A DNA stretch of 43,235 bases from a bacterium (GTDB taxonomy: Bacteria > Bacteroidota > Bacteroidia > Bacteroidales > Bacteroidaceae), in contig CAVIOP010000001.1 of NCBI GenBank assembly GCA_963644485.1, forward strand, positions 1-43,235, written 5' to 3'. This document shows, in pieces, positions 1 through 9,378 of the stretch. Made by a program: the position numbers and the translations under genes. The notes below the pieces were generated by a model. It ran no database searches. It was given only the letters and a program-made list of their open reading frames with translations, and had not been told where the DNA came from. Numbering within the stretch: position 1 is the first letter of the stretch; the number at the start of each line of letters is the position of its first letter.

Positions 1-127
1 TTAAAGTTTTGATAGAGAGCATTGTCGCTTTCGCAAAAGCCTTATGAGAAGGACGTTTTTTCTGCCGTTGCAACGAAAGGAGCATCAAATGCAACAATCC
101 GAAAGGCGCTAATCCGCAATTTTTTCC

Positions 128-135
128 TAATTTTG
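128..135 (+). promoter_or_regulatory. Bacteroidetes sigma-A -7 promoter element (TAATTTTG)
   Basis: Matches TAnnTTTG, followed by CA, 43 nt upstream of the ATG at 179. Confidence 0.65.
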
Positions 136-178
136 CAACCGAGAAACCTATTTGCAACCACATAACGATTCGCACATC

Positions 179-3100
179 ATGAAACCACGACACCTCTTGC
201 TCACCGGCATGCTCGCCCTCTCGGGGCTGACCACGGCCACAGCCCAGAGCAGTCTCTATCCCCACCACTTCGACCTCTCCGAGGTGACGCTCCTCGACAG
301 TCCCTTCAAGACCGCCATGGACCTCAACATCAAGACCCTGTTGGCCTACGACGCCGACCGCCTGCTGACCCCGTTCATCCGCCAGGCCGGCCTCACCACG
401 GGCTCCTATGCCAACTGGGCCACCCAGCACCCCATCTTCACCAACTGGGGCGACGCCTCGTTTGACCTCTCGGGTCATGTCGGCGGCCACTACCTCACCG
501 CCCTTGCCCAGGCCTATGCTGCCTGCCACGACAGTGACATGAAGGCCCAGCTCAAGGCACGCCTCGACCACATGCTTGCCGTGCTCGACGACTGCCAGAA
601 AGCCTTCGACAACGACAAGACCGGCCTCTACGGATACCTTGGCGGCCAGCCCCTCAACGACGTCTGGCAGAAGATGTTCGCCGGCGACATCTCCGCCTTC
701 CGCGACCACCGCGGCTGGGTGCCCTTCTATTGTGAGCACAAGGTGCTCGCCGGTCTGCGCGACGCCTACCTCTATGCCGGCAGCGAGGTGGCCCGCACGA
801 TGTTTCGCAAGCTCTGCGACTGGAGCGTCAACGTCGTGGCCCAACTGCCCGAAAGCACCATGCAGTCGGTGCTCGACACCGAGCACGGAGGCCTGAACGA
901 GGTGCTGGCCGACGCCTACACCCTCTTCGGCGACGCCAAATACCTGGAGGCAGCCGAGAAATACAGTCACAAGACCATGATCAACGGCATGCAGACCGTC
1001 AACAAGACCTTCCTCGACGGCAAGCACGCCAACACCCAGGTGCCGAAGTACATCGGTTTCGAACGCGTCTATGAGGACGACGCCACCCAAACCGCCTACG
1101 CCCAAGCCGTCGAGAACTTCTGGGCCGACGTGGCGCGCAACCGCACCGTGTGCATCGGCGGCAACAGCGTGAGCGAGCATTTCCTCGCCGCTGCCAACAG
1201 CAACCGCTACATCGACGAGCTCGACGGACCCGAGAGCTGCAACTCCAACAACATGCTCAAACTCTCCGAACTGTTGGCCGACCGCACCCACGACGCCCGC
1301 TATGCCGACTTCTACGAGTACACCATGCTCAACCACATCCTCTCGACACAAGACCCCACGACGGGCGGCTATGTCTATTTCACCACGCTGCGCCCCCAGG
1401 GCTACCGCATCTACTCACAGGTCAACAAAGGCATGTGGTGCTGTGTGGGCACAGGCATGGAGAACCACAGCAAGTATGGCCACTTCATCTATTCGCACGA
1501 CGCCGACTCTGTGCTCTATGTCAACCTCTTCACGGCCAGCAAGCTCGACAATGGCACTTTCGCCGTGACCCAGCAGACGCAGTATCCCTATGCCCCGACC
1601 TCGCAGATCACCATTGACAAGAGCGGTAGCTACACCCTCGCCGTGCGCCATCCGGCATGGGCTGCCGACGGTTATGCCATTGCGGTCAACGGTGAGCCGC
1701 AGGCCATCGCCGTGACGCCGGGCACCGCCTCCTATGCCCGCGTCAGTCGTCAGTGGAAGGCCGGCGATGTCGTCACCATCACCCTGCCCATGACGCTGCG
1801 CTATGAAGCCTGTCCCAACTACACCGATTATATCGCCTTCGCCTACGGCCCCGTGCTCCTCGGTGCACAGACCACGGCCCGCGACCAGGCCGACGCCGAC
1901 ACCACAGACCTCCAGGCCGAGACCCTCCAAAACGAGTATGCCGGCGAGGGCCGCATGGACCACGCCCCCGGCAGCATGGCGCTCGCAAAGAGTCTTGTCG
2001 ACGCCCCGATGCTCATTGGCAACCGCGCCGATGTGCTCTCACGGGTGAAGGTCAAGGATCCCGCCAAGCTCGAGTTTACCGTCGACGCCTCGCGTGAGGA
2101 TGCCGACGGCTACGCCTGGTCGACGCTGACCCTGAAGCCCTTCTATGCCATCCACCACGCCCGCTACATGTGCTACTGGTACCAGCAGACGGCCGACAAC
2201 TATGCCCACAGCGACATGGCCGTCACTGAACAGGCCCGCAAGGCCCTCAAGGCCCGCACCATCGACTTTGTGGCCACGGGAGAGCAGCAGAGCGAGGCCG
2301 GCCACGAGTATTGCTACAGTGATGACTCGTCGACAGGCATGTACAACGGTGAGAACTATCGTGATGCCCGTGCAGGCGGCTACGTGCAGTTCTCACTCTT
2401 CAATGCTGCAGGCAAGACCGACAGCCTCTCGGTCATGTGCCGTTTCACCACCGCCGACCACGGCCGCAAGGCCACCCTGCTCGTCGATGGCGAGAAGATA
2501 GCCGACATCACTATCCCGACGACCCACAAGGACGCCATCAACGGGTTCTTCAACGTGGAGTTCCCCATCCCCGCCTCTCTGGCGAAGGACGCCGCCGGCA
2601 AGGCCAAGAAGAAGTTCACCGTGCGTCTCTCAGCCTCCGAGGGCACGCTGCTGCCGGGCCTCTATTACCTCCGCCTCATGAGCGGCTATGTCGGCGTGAC
2701 CAATCCCTATCGCTTCGTGGCGTCGGAGTGGACCACGGGCGACGCCGCGCGCCTGCAAGCCTCAGGCATCACCTACTACAGTGCCGACAACACCATCCAT
2801 GTGGCCAGCCAGGGCAACAACAACGTGTGTCTCACGCTCGACTACGGCCACACCGACTATGCCATCACCTCCCAACAGAAGTATCTCGTTGTTGTGGGCC
2901 AAAACCTGAGTCTTGCCGACGGGGCGTCGTACCTCTGGTGGCTCAACGGTTGCAACCGAGGCTCACAGGTGAAGCCCACCGTGGCGCGCGAGGCGACCGT
3001 GGCGGGCGACCTTTGCCAGGTCATCGCCTGGGACATGACCACGAGCGGCATCGCCGACAACATCTCCACCCTGGGCACCACCGACATCACCAGCGGCCAG

Positions 3101-3307
3101 ACCATCTTCGGTCTGACGTCGACCACGGGACAGTCGGTCATCCGCAACATCACGTTCGCTGAGAACGTCGACAACGTGCTCACGGCCATCGGTGCGGTGA
3201 GGGCCGACGGCGGTCAGGCCGCCACCTACACCGTGGACGGCCGGCGAGTGGCGCAGCCGATCCATGGGATCAACATCGCCCATGGCAGGAAGTTCATGAA
3301 GAGCTGA
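179..3307 (+). CDS. Secreted GH127/GH146-type cysteine glycosidase (beta-L-arabinofuranosidase family) with C-terminal accessory domains and a T9SS-like tail
   Basis: Signal peptide MKPRHLLLTGMLALSGLTTATA. Family motifs GHVGGHYL, EHGG, HANTQVPK, ESCNSNNMLKL and WCCVGTGMENHSK (Zn-binding Cys). C-terminus ...YTVDGRRV...GINIAHGRKFMKS resembles a Prevotella T9SS CTD. ATG at 179 preferred over TTG at 152. Confidence 0.85.
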   Translation: MKPRHLLLTGMLALSGLTTATAQSSLYPHHFDLSEVTLLDSPFKTAMDLNIKTLLAYDADRLLTPFIRQAGLTTGSYANWATQHPIFTNWGDASFDLSGHVGGHYLTALAQAYAACHDSDMKAQLKARLDHMLAVLDDCQKAFDNDKTGLYGYLGGQPLNDVWQKMFAGDISAFRDHRGWVPFYCEHKVLAGLRDAYLYAGSEVARTMFRKLCDWSVNVVAQLPESTMQSVLDTEHGGLNEVLADAYTLFGDAKYLEAAEKYSHKTMINGMQTVNKTFLDGKHANTQVPKYIGFERVYEDDATQTAYAQAVENFWADVARNRTVCIGGNSVSEHFLAAANSNRYIDELDGPESCNSNNMLKLSELLADRTHDARYADFYEYTMLNHILSTQDPTTGGYVYFTTLRPQGYRIYSQVNKGMWCCVGTGMENHSKYGHFIYSHDADSVLYVNLFTASKLDNGTFAVTQQTQYPYAPTSQITIDKSGSYTLAVRHPAWAADGYAIAVNGEPQAIAVTPGTASYARVSRQWKAGDVVTITLPMTLRYEACPNYTDYIAFAYGPVLLGAQTTARDQADADTTDLQAETLQNEYAGEGRMDHAPGSMALAKSLVDAPMLIGNRADVLSRVKVKDPAKLEFTVDASREDADGYAWSTLTLKPFYAIHHARYMCYWYQQTADNYAHSDMAVTEQARKALKARTIDFVATGEQQSEAGHEYCYSDDSSTGMYNGENYRDARAGGYVQFSLFNAAGKTDSLSVMCRFTTADHGRKATLLVDGEKIADITIPTTHKDAINGFFNVEFPIPASLAKDAAGKAKKKFTVRLSASEGTLLPGLYYLRLMSGYVGVTNPYRFVASEWTTGDAARLQASGITYYSADNTIHVASQGNNNVCLTLDYGHTDYAITSQQKYLVVVGQNLSLADGASYLWWLNGCNRGSQVKPTVAREATVAGDLCQVIAWDMTTSGIADNISTLGTTDITSGQTIFGLTSTTGQSVIRNITFAENVDNVLTAIGAVRADGGQAATYTVDGRRVAQPIHGINIAHGRKFMKS

Positions 3308-3329
3308 GCTCCCAGTCCGTCCAAACAAG

Positions 3330-3374
3330 ACCGCCCCCGTGCCTTTCCATGATGCGGAAAGGCACGGGGGCGGT
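3330..3374. terminator. GC-rich 19-bp hairpin between convergent genes
   Basis: ACCGCCCCCGTGCCTTTCC (3330-3348), 7-nt loop, GGAAAGGCACGGGGGCGGT (3356-3374): a perfect inverted repeat between the GH and dnaX stop codons. Confidence 0.75.
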
Positions 3375-3406
3375 GGCGTTTGGTCGGGTGGCGTTTGGTC
3401 GGGTGG
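3372..3406. repeat. 15-bp tandem repeat (GGTGGCGTTTGGTCG x2 plus partial)
   Basis: Exact copies at 3372-3386 and 3387-3401. Confidence 0.7.
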
Positions 3407-3427
3407 GGTGGGGCCGGTGAGCGAGGC

Positions 3428-5263
3428 TTAGGCCAGCTCCAGTCCCAGGGCGGCCCTCAGCTTCTCGATGGCCGGATTGGTCTGCCTGAGGTGGTCGAAG
3501 AGTTCGCGCTTGGTATAGACGCGCTTCATCTCTGACGCCTCGGCCAGACGCAGCGTCAGTTCGATGTTGTTGTTGTGGAGCGTCTTGCGCATGGTGGCGC
3601 GTATGTTGCCCCGTATCTCGTTCACCTGTTGCAGCAGAATCTCGTTGTCGATGGCCGCCTCGATGTTGGGGTAAGTGGTGATGTGGGGCGTGATGTTCTT
3701 CAGTCGGGCCGCCAGTCCCACGAATTGTTGGGGCATGCGGTTACACATCAGCGTCCACTCCATGCCGAGCTCTTCCTCGGTGAATGACTTTCCCGTCTGC
3801 GATTCCTTGACGTCCTTGTCGTCCTCAGGCATGGCCGTCTTGAGGTAGTCGGGTTGCTTGGGAGTGCTCCTCAGGTCACTGAAGGTGATGTTGCCCGCTC
3901 CCTTGATGTTGAAGCGCATGGTGCTCAACGCTCCCGTTGGCTTGGGGGAGGCTGACGGTGCAGCCGACATCTTGGGTGCCCCGTCGCTGGTTGGTTGTGG
4001 CAGTGGCGCGTGTTGAGAGGAGGCGGTTGCCTGACGAGCCGCCCTTGCGAGAGTCTTCCCAGCCCCGGCCACCTGCGCTGCCGTTTTGGGTTGGGATGTC
4101 ATGATGTTCTTGAACAGGGATTTCAAACGCTTAGGGCTACGCCCCGCACCGGCTGCGTCATCGTCGGGCTGCGTGATTTGCGCCACGCGGATGAGAGTCA
4201 GCTCCACCAGCAGGCGCTTGTTGCTGCTCTGCCGATAGTTCACGTCACACTCGTTCATGATGCGCAGAGCCTTGTAAAGAAAAGGCAGTTGACACTTCTT
4301 GGCCTGCTCCTGATAGCGTTGGCGCTGCGTGTCGCTGGTTTCCAGCAAGGGAAGGGTCTGCGCATCGCGCGCCATCATCACGTTGCGCACGTGGGAGGCC
4401 AGCCCGTTGATGAGATTGCCGCCGTCGAAGCCCTTGGCGATGATGTTGTTGAGCAGCACCATGATGTCGCTCACCTTGTTGTCAAGCGCCAGGTCGATGA
4501 TGCGGAAATAGTTGTCGGCATCGAGCACGTTGAGGTCCTCGATCACCTTGTCATAGGTGATGTTGCCCTGGCAGAAACTGCTCACCTGGTCGAAGATTGA
4601 CAGGGCGTCGCGCATGCCGCCGTCGGCTTTCTCGGCGATGACATTGAGCGCCTCCTCCTCGTAGGTGATGCCTTCCTTGGCCGCCACCATCTTCAGGTGG
4701 CTGATGATCTTGGGTACCGTCATGCGCTCGAAGTCGTAGATCTGGCACCGGGAGAGGATGGTGGGCAGGATCTTGTGCTTCTCCGTTGTGGCCAGGATGA
4801 AGATGACATGCTGCGGAGGTTCCTCCAGTGTCTTCAGGAATGCGTTGAAGGCCGCCTGCGACAGCATGTGCACCTCGTCGATGATAAACACCTTGTATTT
4901 GCCCACCTGGGGCGGTATCAGGGTCTGCTCCATCAGCGTCTTGATGTTCTCCACCGAGTTGTTGCTGGCGGCATCGAGCTCAAAGATGTTCATCGAGCGG
5001 CCCTCGTTGAAGGCCTTGCAGTTCTCACAGTCGTTGCAAGCCTCTCCCTCGGCCGAGGGCGACGAGCAGTTGATTGCTTTGGCGAAGATGCGGGCGCAAG
5101 TGGTCTTGCCGACACCTCGCGGACCGCAGAACAGGTATGCGTGGGCCAGCTTGCCGCTCTTCACGGCGTTCTTTAGTGTGGTGGTCAGGGCTTCCTGTCC
5201 CACCACTGATGAGAACGTCATTGGGCGGTACTTGCGGGCCGAAACAATGTAGTTGTCAGTCAT
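3428..5263 (-). CDS. dnaX: DNA polymerase III subunit gamma/tau
   Basis: MTDNYIVSARKYRP start, Walker A GPRGVGKT, Zn-Cys cluster, ELDAAS, IIDEVHML, SRC and GGMRDALS motifs. Start placed at ATG 5263. Confidence 0.96.
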   Translation of the reverse strand: MTDNYIVSARKYRPMTFSSVVGQEALTTTLKNAVKSGKLAHAYLFCGPRGVGKTTCARIFAKAINCSSPSAEGEACNDCENCKAFNEGRSMNIFELDAASNNSVENIKTLMEQTLIPPQVGKYKVFIIDEVHMLSQAAFNAFLKTLEEPPQHVIFILATTEKHKILPTILSRCQIYDFERMTVPKIISHLKMVAAKEGITYEEEALNVIAEKADGGMRDALSIFDQVSSFCQGNITYDKVIEDLNVLDADNYFRIIDLALDNKVSDIMVLLNNIIAKGFDGGNLINGLASHVRNVMMARDAQTLPLLETSDTQRQRYQEQAKKCQLPFLYKALRIMNECDVNYRQSSNKRLLVELTLIRVAQITQPDDDAAGAGRSPKRLKSLFKNIMTSQPKTAAQVAGAGKTLARAARQATASSQHAPLPQPTSDGAPKMSAAPSASPKPTGALSTMRFNIKGAGNITFSDLRSTPKQPDYLKTAMPEDDKDVKESQTGKSFTEEELGMEWTLMCNRMPQQFVGLAARLKNITPHITTYPNIEAAIDNEILLQQVNEIRGNIRATMRKTLHNNNIELTLRLAEASEMKRVYTKRELFDHLRQTNPAIEKLRAALGLELA

Positions 5264-5287
5264 GTGTAGTCTGGTGGTTTGTACTTG

Positions 5288-5295
5288 CAAAGTTA
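5288..5295 (-). promoter_or_regulatory. -7 promoter element for dnaX (TAACTTTG)
   Basis: Reverse complement of CAAAGTTA matches TAnnTTTG, ~25 nt upstream of the dnaX start. Confidence 0.65.
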
Positions 5296-5360
5296 GTGTA
5301 AATTGCAGGAAGGGCAAAACAAAAAGCATGATTTCTTTTGCTTTTTCCGCTGATTTGCAT

Positions 5361-5368
5361 TACCTTTG
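5361..5368 (+). promoter_or_regulatory. -7 promoter element (TACCTTTG)
   Basis: TAnnTTTG followed by CA, 21 nt upstream of ATG 5390; divergent from the dnaX promoter. Confidence 0.65.
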
Positions 5369-5389
5369 CAACATCTTATAGCAAAGAGA

Positions 5390-5749
5390 ATGAGCGCCAA
5401 GATTAACCTCGTTTTGAGTCTCCTCTCCCGCTACAAATACGTCATTACGGTTGTGGTGGGTGTGGCTGTCGTCGGCTTTGTCGATGACAACAGTCTGATG
5501 CGCCGCTTCAAGTATGACTTGCAGATTAGTGAACTGAGGGACGAGATCAAGGCTTACAGACAGAAGAACGAGGCCATCGTCAGGCAGTTGCGCACTGTGC
5601 AGCGCAATCCCAAAGCAATCGAGAAGATTGCGCGCGAGCGCTATTTTATGAAGGCCGACGACGAGGACATTTTTGTGCTCAGCACTGACCGCCAGCCTGA
5701 CGCCGGCGATCAGCCCGATAACAGCAACTACGATGAAACAGCTCAGTAA
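5390..5749 (+). CDS. Septum formation initiator (FtsB/DivIC family)
   Basis: One TM segment, a coiled coil and the signature IEKIARERYFMKADDEDIF. Confidence 0.85.
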   Translation: MSAKINLVLSLLSRYKYVITVVVGVAVVGFVDDNSLMRRFKYDLQISELRDEIKAYRQKNEAIVRQLRTVQRNPKAIEKIARERYFMKADDEDIFVLSTDRQPDAGDQPDNSNYDETAQ

Positions 5750-6149
5750 AATCCAAACTATTGTTTTTCTTCTTGGCGGCGTGCTGATGGTCATCGGCGC
5801 CGGTTGCTTCTCCCTCATGTGGCAGCAGCAAACCGCCTGTTGGGTGTTCCTTGCGGGCACAGTCCTGTTCTCTGTCATGCAGATGATGCAGACCTATGAG
5901 GGTGCGGAACTGACCGTCAAGCGCCTGAAGAACATCCAGAACTTGGCCGACATCCTTTTCGTCGTGGCCGGCATTCTGATGGTCGACACGGCATGGGGTT
6001 TCTTCAGGCCTCTGTTCTCGAATGTCTTCACCTATTTTAATTATGTTTACAACAAGTGGGTTGTCGTGTTGCTCATTGCCGCCGTGGTGGAGGTCTACAC
6101 CATGCACAGGCTCGACCATGAACTTTCCAAAAAAAACATAAAAGATTAG
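5733..6149 (+). CDS. Hypothetical membrane protein (about 4 TM)
   Basis: Four hydrophobic segments; overlaps the upstream gene by 17 nt; ATG at 5733. Confidence 0.75.
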   Translation: MKQLSKIQTIVFLLGGVLMVIGAGCFSLMWQQQTACWVFLAGTVLFSVMQMMQTYEGAELTVKRLKNIQNLADILFVVAGILMVDTAWGFFRPLFSNVFTYFNYVYNKWVVVLLIAAVVEVYTMHRLDHELSKKNIKD

Positions 6150-6200
6150 GCAATACATTTAAATTGCATAAATTTTTTTTCGCACCTCGCAAATACATCG

Positions 6201-6208
6201 TATCTTTG
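6201..6208 (+). promoter_or_regulatory. -7 promoter element (TATCTTTG)
   Basis: TAnnTTTG 23 nt upstream of ATG 6232. Confidence 0.6.
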
Positions 6209-6231
6209 TGTTGCTTGAACAGAATGTTTTT

Positions 6232-7047
6232 ATGAAAAAATTCTTGTATGCGATAGCCAGCATATTGGCTCTCACCTCTTGTGCCAACACTTTCGACATC
6301 ATGGGCACGACGAACGTGTCAACGCTTGATGGACAGAAACTGTACTTGAAAGTGTTCAAGGACACAACTCTGAAGAACCTGGACTCGTGCGATGTGGTGC
6401 ACGGGCATTTCCAGTTTGCGGGCTCCATCGACTCCGTGCGGGTGGCCACCATCTATCTCAACGAGACTAGCGGACTGCCCGTGGTGCTCGAAGGAGGCGA
6501 CATACAGGTCAAGATTGACAACATGCAGGAGAGTGTCACGGGAACCCCGCTCAATGACGCGCTTTCGACATTCAGAAGCCAGTTCACACAACTCGCCAAC
6601 CAAAGTGTGGAGCTCGTTCACAAGCACGACCAAGCCATTATGAATGGAAGCGACATGAACGTCGTCAATGCACGGCTGGCGAGAGAGAATGAGGAGATTA
6701 ATGCCAAGATGGACAAGCTCGTCACTTCCTTTGTCACCGAGAATTTTGATAATGTGCTGGGGCCTTACGTGTTCATCAATACCTGCATCAACCGCTATCA
6801 GGTACCCATGCTCGATGCGTGGATAGAGGATATCATGAGCAAGGCTACCGAAAGCTTCAAGAACAACCCACAGGTGAAGGAGTATTACCAGACCGCCCAG
6901 GAGAACCAGAACATCATGAACGGCATGAAGGACCTGCCCGCACAGAACCCTGCCCAGCAGGTGGCACCCCCGCAGGATGGCCCTACGCCCAACCAGATGG
7001 CTGCCCCTGCGGGTCGGCCGGGCGGAGCTCCCGCACAGGCTGAATAA
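6232..7047 (+). CDS. DUF4369-like lipoprotein with a Pro/Gln/Ala-rich tail
   Basis: Lipobox LTSC; DUF4369-like motifs LDSCDVVHGHFQFAG, PVVLEGGDI and TGTPLND; no thioredoxin CxxC domain. Confidence 0.7.
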   Translation: MKKFLYAIASILALTSCANTFDIMGTTNVSTLDGQKLYLKVFKDTTLKNLDSCDVVHGHFQFAGSIDSVRVATIYLNETSGLPVVLEGGDIQVKIDNMQESVTGTPLNDALSTFRSQFTQLANQSVELVHKHDQAIMNGSDMNVVNARLARENEEINAKMDKLVTSFVTENFDNVLGPYVFINTCINRYQVPMLDAWIEDIMSKATESFKNNPQVKEYYQTAQENQNIMNGMKDLPAQNPAQQVAPPQDGPTPNQMAAPAGRPGGAPAQAE

Positions 7048-7136
7048 TCATTCATGACGGCCTTCGCCAGGCTCACGTGGTGGCAAAACCATGCCGGGAG
7101 CGTGCTGGAGGAGGACGTACAAACCCATTTCAGACG

Positions 7137-8525
7137 ATGAGAACAATCATTGAGGGAGGACAGGTCGTCAATGAGGGCGAGACTTTCGAAGGTTCAGTGA
7201 TTATTGAGAACGACCGCATCGTCGAGGTCGTGAAAGGAAAGGAAACACCCCGTGGCATCTTCGACAACCGGTTGGATGCCACGGGGTGCTTTGTGTTGCC
7301 CGGAATTATCGACTGTCACGTACACTTTCGCGAACCCGGACTGACCGCAAAGGCCGACATCGACAGCGAGTCGCGTGCGGCGGCTTACGGAGGAGTTACA
7401 TCGTTCTTCGACATGCCCAACACCATCCCGCAGACCACCACGCTCGAAGCGTGGTGCGACAAGATGCAACGCGGACAGCAGGAGAGCCATGTCAACTACG
7501 CCTTCTTCTACGGCGCGACCAACGACAACGCCGCTACCTTCGCCCGGCTCGACAAGACACGTGTGCCAGGCATCAAATTGTTTATGGGCGCTTCCACTGG
7601 CAATATGCTGGTGGACAAGCTCGGATCGCTCATCGACGTCTTCAAGACTTGTGCCGCACTCGGACTCCCTCTGATGAGCCACTGTGAGGACTCGACGGTC
7701 ATCGACGAGAACATGAAACGCATGAAGGATGCTTATGGCGATGACCCTCCCGTCATGTTGCACCCGCTCATACGCTCGGAGGTGGCCTGCTACGAGAGTT
7801 CGGCGCTTGCCGTCAACCTTGCCCGACAGTTTGGTACACGGTTGCACGTGGCTCATGTCACTACCGAGAAGGAGCTGCAGTTGTTTGAGCCAGTAAGCGA
7901 CACACCCGATGCGGCCTTGCCGACCATCACTGCAGAGGCCGTCATCGCACATCTGTGGTTCTCCAATCTCGACTACATGGAGAAAGGTGCGCTCATCAAG
8001 TGCAATCCTGCCGTCAAGCGGCCTGAGGACCGCAAGGCGCTGCGGAAGGCTCTTGCCGACGGCCATATTGCAACCGTCGGAACAGACCACGCACCCCATC
8101 AGTTGAAAGACAAGCAGGGCGGATGCGCCAAGGCAGCGTCAGGCATGCCCATGTTGCAGTTCTCGCTGGTGTCGATGCTGGCACTGGTCGACCAGGGCGT
8201 CTTGACCATCCAACAACTGGTTAGACTCATGTGCCACAATCCCGCACGCCTGTTTGACATCAGCCGGCGCGGATTCCTGCGCCCCGGCTACAAGGCCGAC
8301 GTGACCATTGTCAGGCCCCATGCCCCCTGGACAGTCACCGAAGACCTCATACAGAGCAAATGCGGGTGGAGCCCCATGACAGGACAGCACTACGACTGGC
8401 GCATCGCCAAGACACTCTGTAACGGACACGTGGTTTTTGACGAGGGAGCGTTCGACAGTTGTTATCATGGCGAACCCGTCCGCTTCCGGCTCCCTGAAGA
8501 CGGGGAGGAAAAGGCAGAATCATGA
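7137..8525 (+). CDS. pyrC: Dihydroorotase (amidohydrolase superfamily)
   Basis: DCHVHFREPG, DMPNT, KLFMGASTG, KCNPAVK and TDHAPH motifs. Confidence 0.9.
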   Translation: MRTIIEGGQVVNEGETFEGSVIIENDRIVEVVKGKETPRGIFDNRLDATGCFVLPGIIDCHVHFREPGLTAKADIDSESRAAAYGGVTSFFDMPNTIPQTTTLEAWCDKMQRGQQESHVNYAFFYGATNDNAATFARLDKTRVPGIKLFMGASTGNMLVDKLGSLIDVFKTCAALGLPLMSHCEDSTVIDENMKRMKDAYGDDPPVMLHPLIRSEVACYESSALAVNLARQFGTRLHVAHVTTEKELQLFEPVSDTPDAALPTITAEAVIAHLWFSNLDYMEKGALIKCNPAVKRPEDRKALRKALADGHIATVGTDHAPHQLKDKQGGCAKAASGMPMLQFSLVSMLALVDQGVLTIQQLVRLMCHNPARLFDISRRGFLRPGYKADVTIVRPHAPWTVTEDLIQSKCGWSPMTGQHYDWRIAKTLCNGHVVFDEGAFDSCYHGEPVRFRLPEDGEEKAES

Positions 8526-9331
8526 AACTCGCCTACAACATACGCGAAGTGCGCCCCTACATCAACTGGATATACTTTTTCCACGCATGGGGAATGAACG
8601 GAAAACCGAAGGAGCAGCAGGCCCGGCTCCAGGATGATGCCAACAGCGTGCTCGACCGATGGGAGACGCGCTACAGCACCCTTGCCGTGTTTGACATCAT
8701 GGAGGCCAACAGCGACGGTGACGACCTCGTGATGGGAGGCATGCGTATTCCCATGCTGAGGCAGCAGCGACCGTCTGCCGAAGGACAACCCACGTTGTGC
8801 CTGGCCGACTTTGTGCGCCCGCTATCCTCAGGGCAGCCAGATAGGGTAGGGGCGTTCGCCACCACCGTAGAGCCCAGCATGGAGCACGAGGGACAGGACG
8901 ATGTCTACCAGCGCATGCTTACACAGGTGCTCGCAGACAGGCTGGCTGAGGCTACGGCGGAACTGATGCACCTGCAGGTGAGACGCCAGTACTGGGGCTA
9001 TGCGCCCGATGAACAACTGTCGATGAGCGACATTCATGCCGAGCGATATCAAGGCATACGTCCCGCTGTGGGCTATCCCTCACTGCCCGATACCAGTGTC
9101 AACTTCCTACTTTCAGATCTCATTGGCATGAAACAGATAGGCATACACCTCACCGAGACGGGCATGATGCAGCCCCATGCATCGGTGTCGGGCTTCATGT
9201 TTGCCCATCCGCAGGCGCGATATTTCGACCTTGGGAAGATTGGCGAGGACCAGTTGCGCGACTATGCAAGCCGCCGTGGCGTCCCCGTCGAACTGATGCG
9301 CCGCTTCCTGGCATCCAGTTTGCTGAAGTGA
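8522..9331 (+). CDS. Stand-alone vitamin B12-dependent methionine synthase activation (SAM-binding) domain protein
   Basis: YINWIYFFHAW, LRQQ, CLADFV, LADRLAEA, YQGIRPAVGYPSLPD and ASVSG motifs of the MetH C-terminus; ATGA overlap with pyrC. Confidence 0.88.
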   Translation: MKLAYNIREVRPYINWIYFFHAWGMNGKPKEQQARLQDDANSVLDRWETRYSTLAVFDIMEANSDGDDLVMGGMRIPMLRQQRPSAEGQPTLCLADFVRPLSSGQPDRVGAFATTVEPSMEHEGQDDVYQRMLTQVLADRLAEATAELMHLQVRRQYWGYAPDEQLSMSDIHAERYQGIRPAVGYPSLPDTSVNFLLSDLIGMKQIGIHLTETGMMQPHASVSGFMFAHPQARYFDLGKIGEDQLRDYASRRGVPVELMRRFLASSLLK

Positions 9332-9378
9332 TGTTGACAACAGTCTTGAAAGATATGCATTGACACGCACCATCCCTT

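Noticed and set aside
39..60. GCCTTATG...GGACGTTTT at the window start resembling the end of the terminal repeat
   Set aside because: Matches are only 8-9 nt and the 11-nt phasing is not maintained; may be chance.
3428..5263. Programmed frameshift in dnaX giving gamma and tau
   Set aside because: No A-AAA-AAG or long poly-A slippery site was seen after the clamp-loader domains.
7048..7136. Pyrimidine attenuator upstream of pyrC
   Set aside because: Only weak pairing; no PyrR-binding consensus or terminator U-tract.
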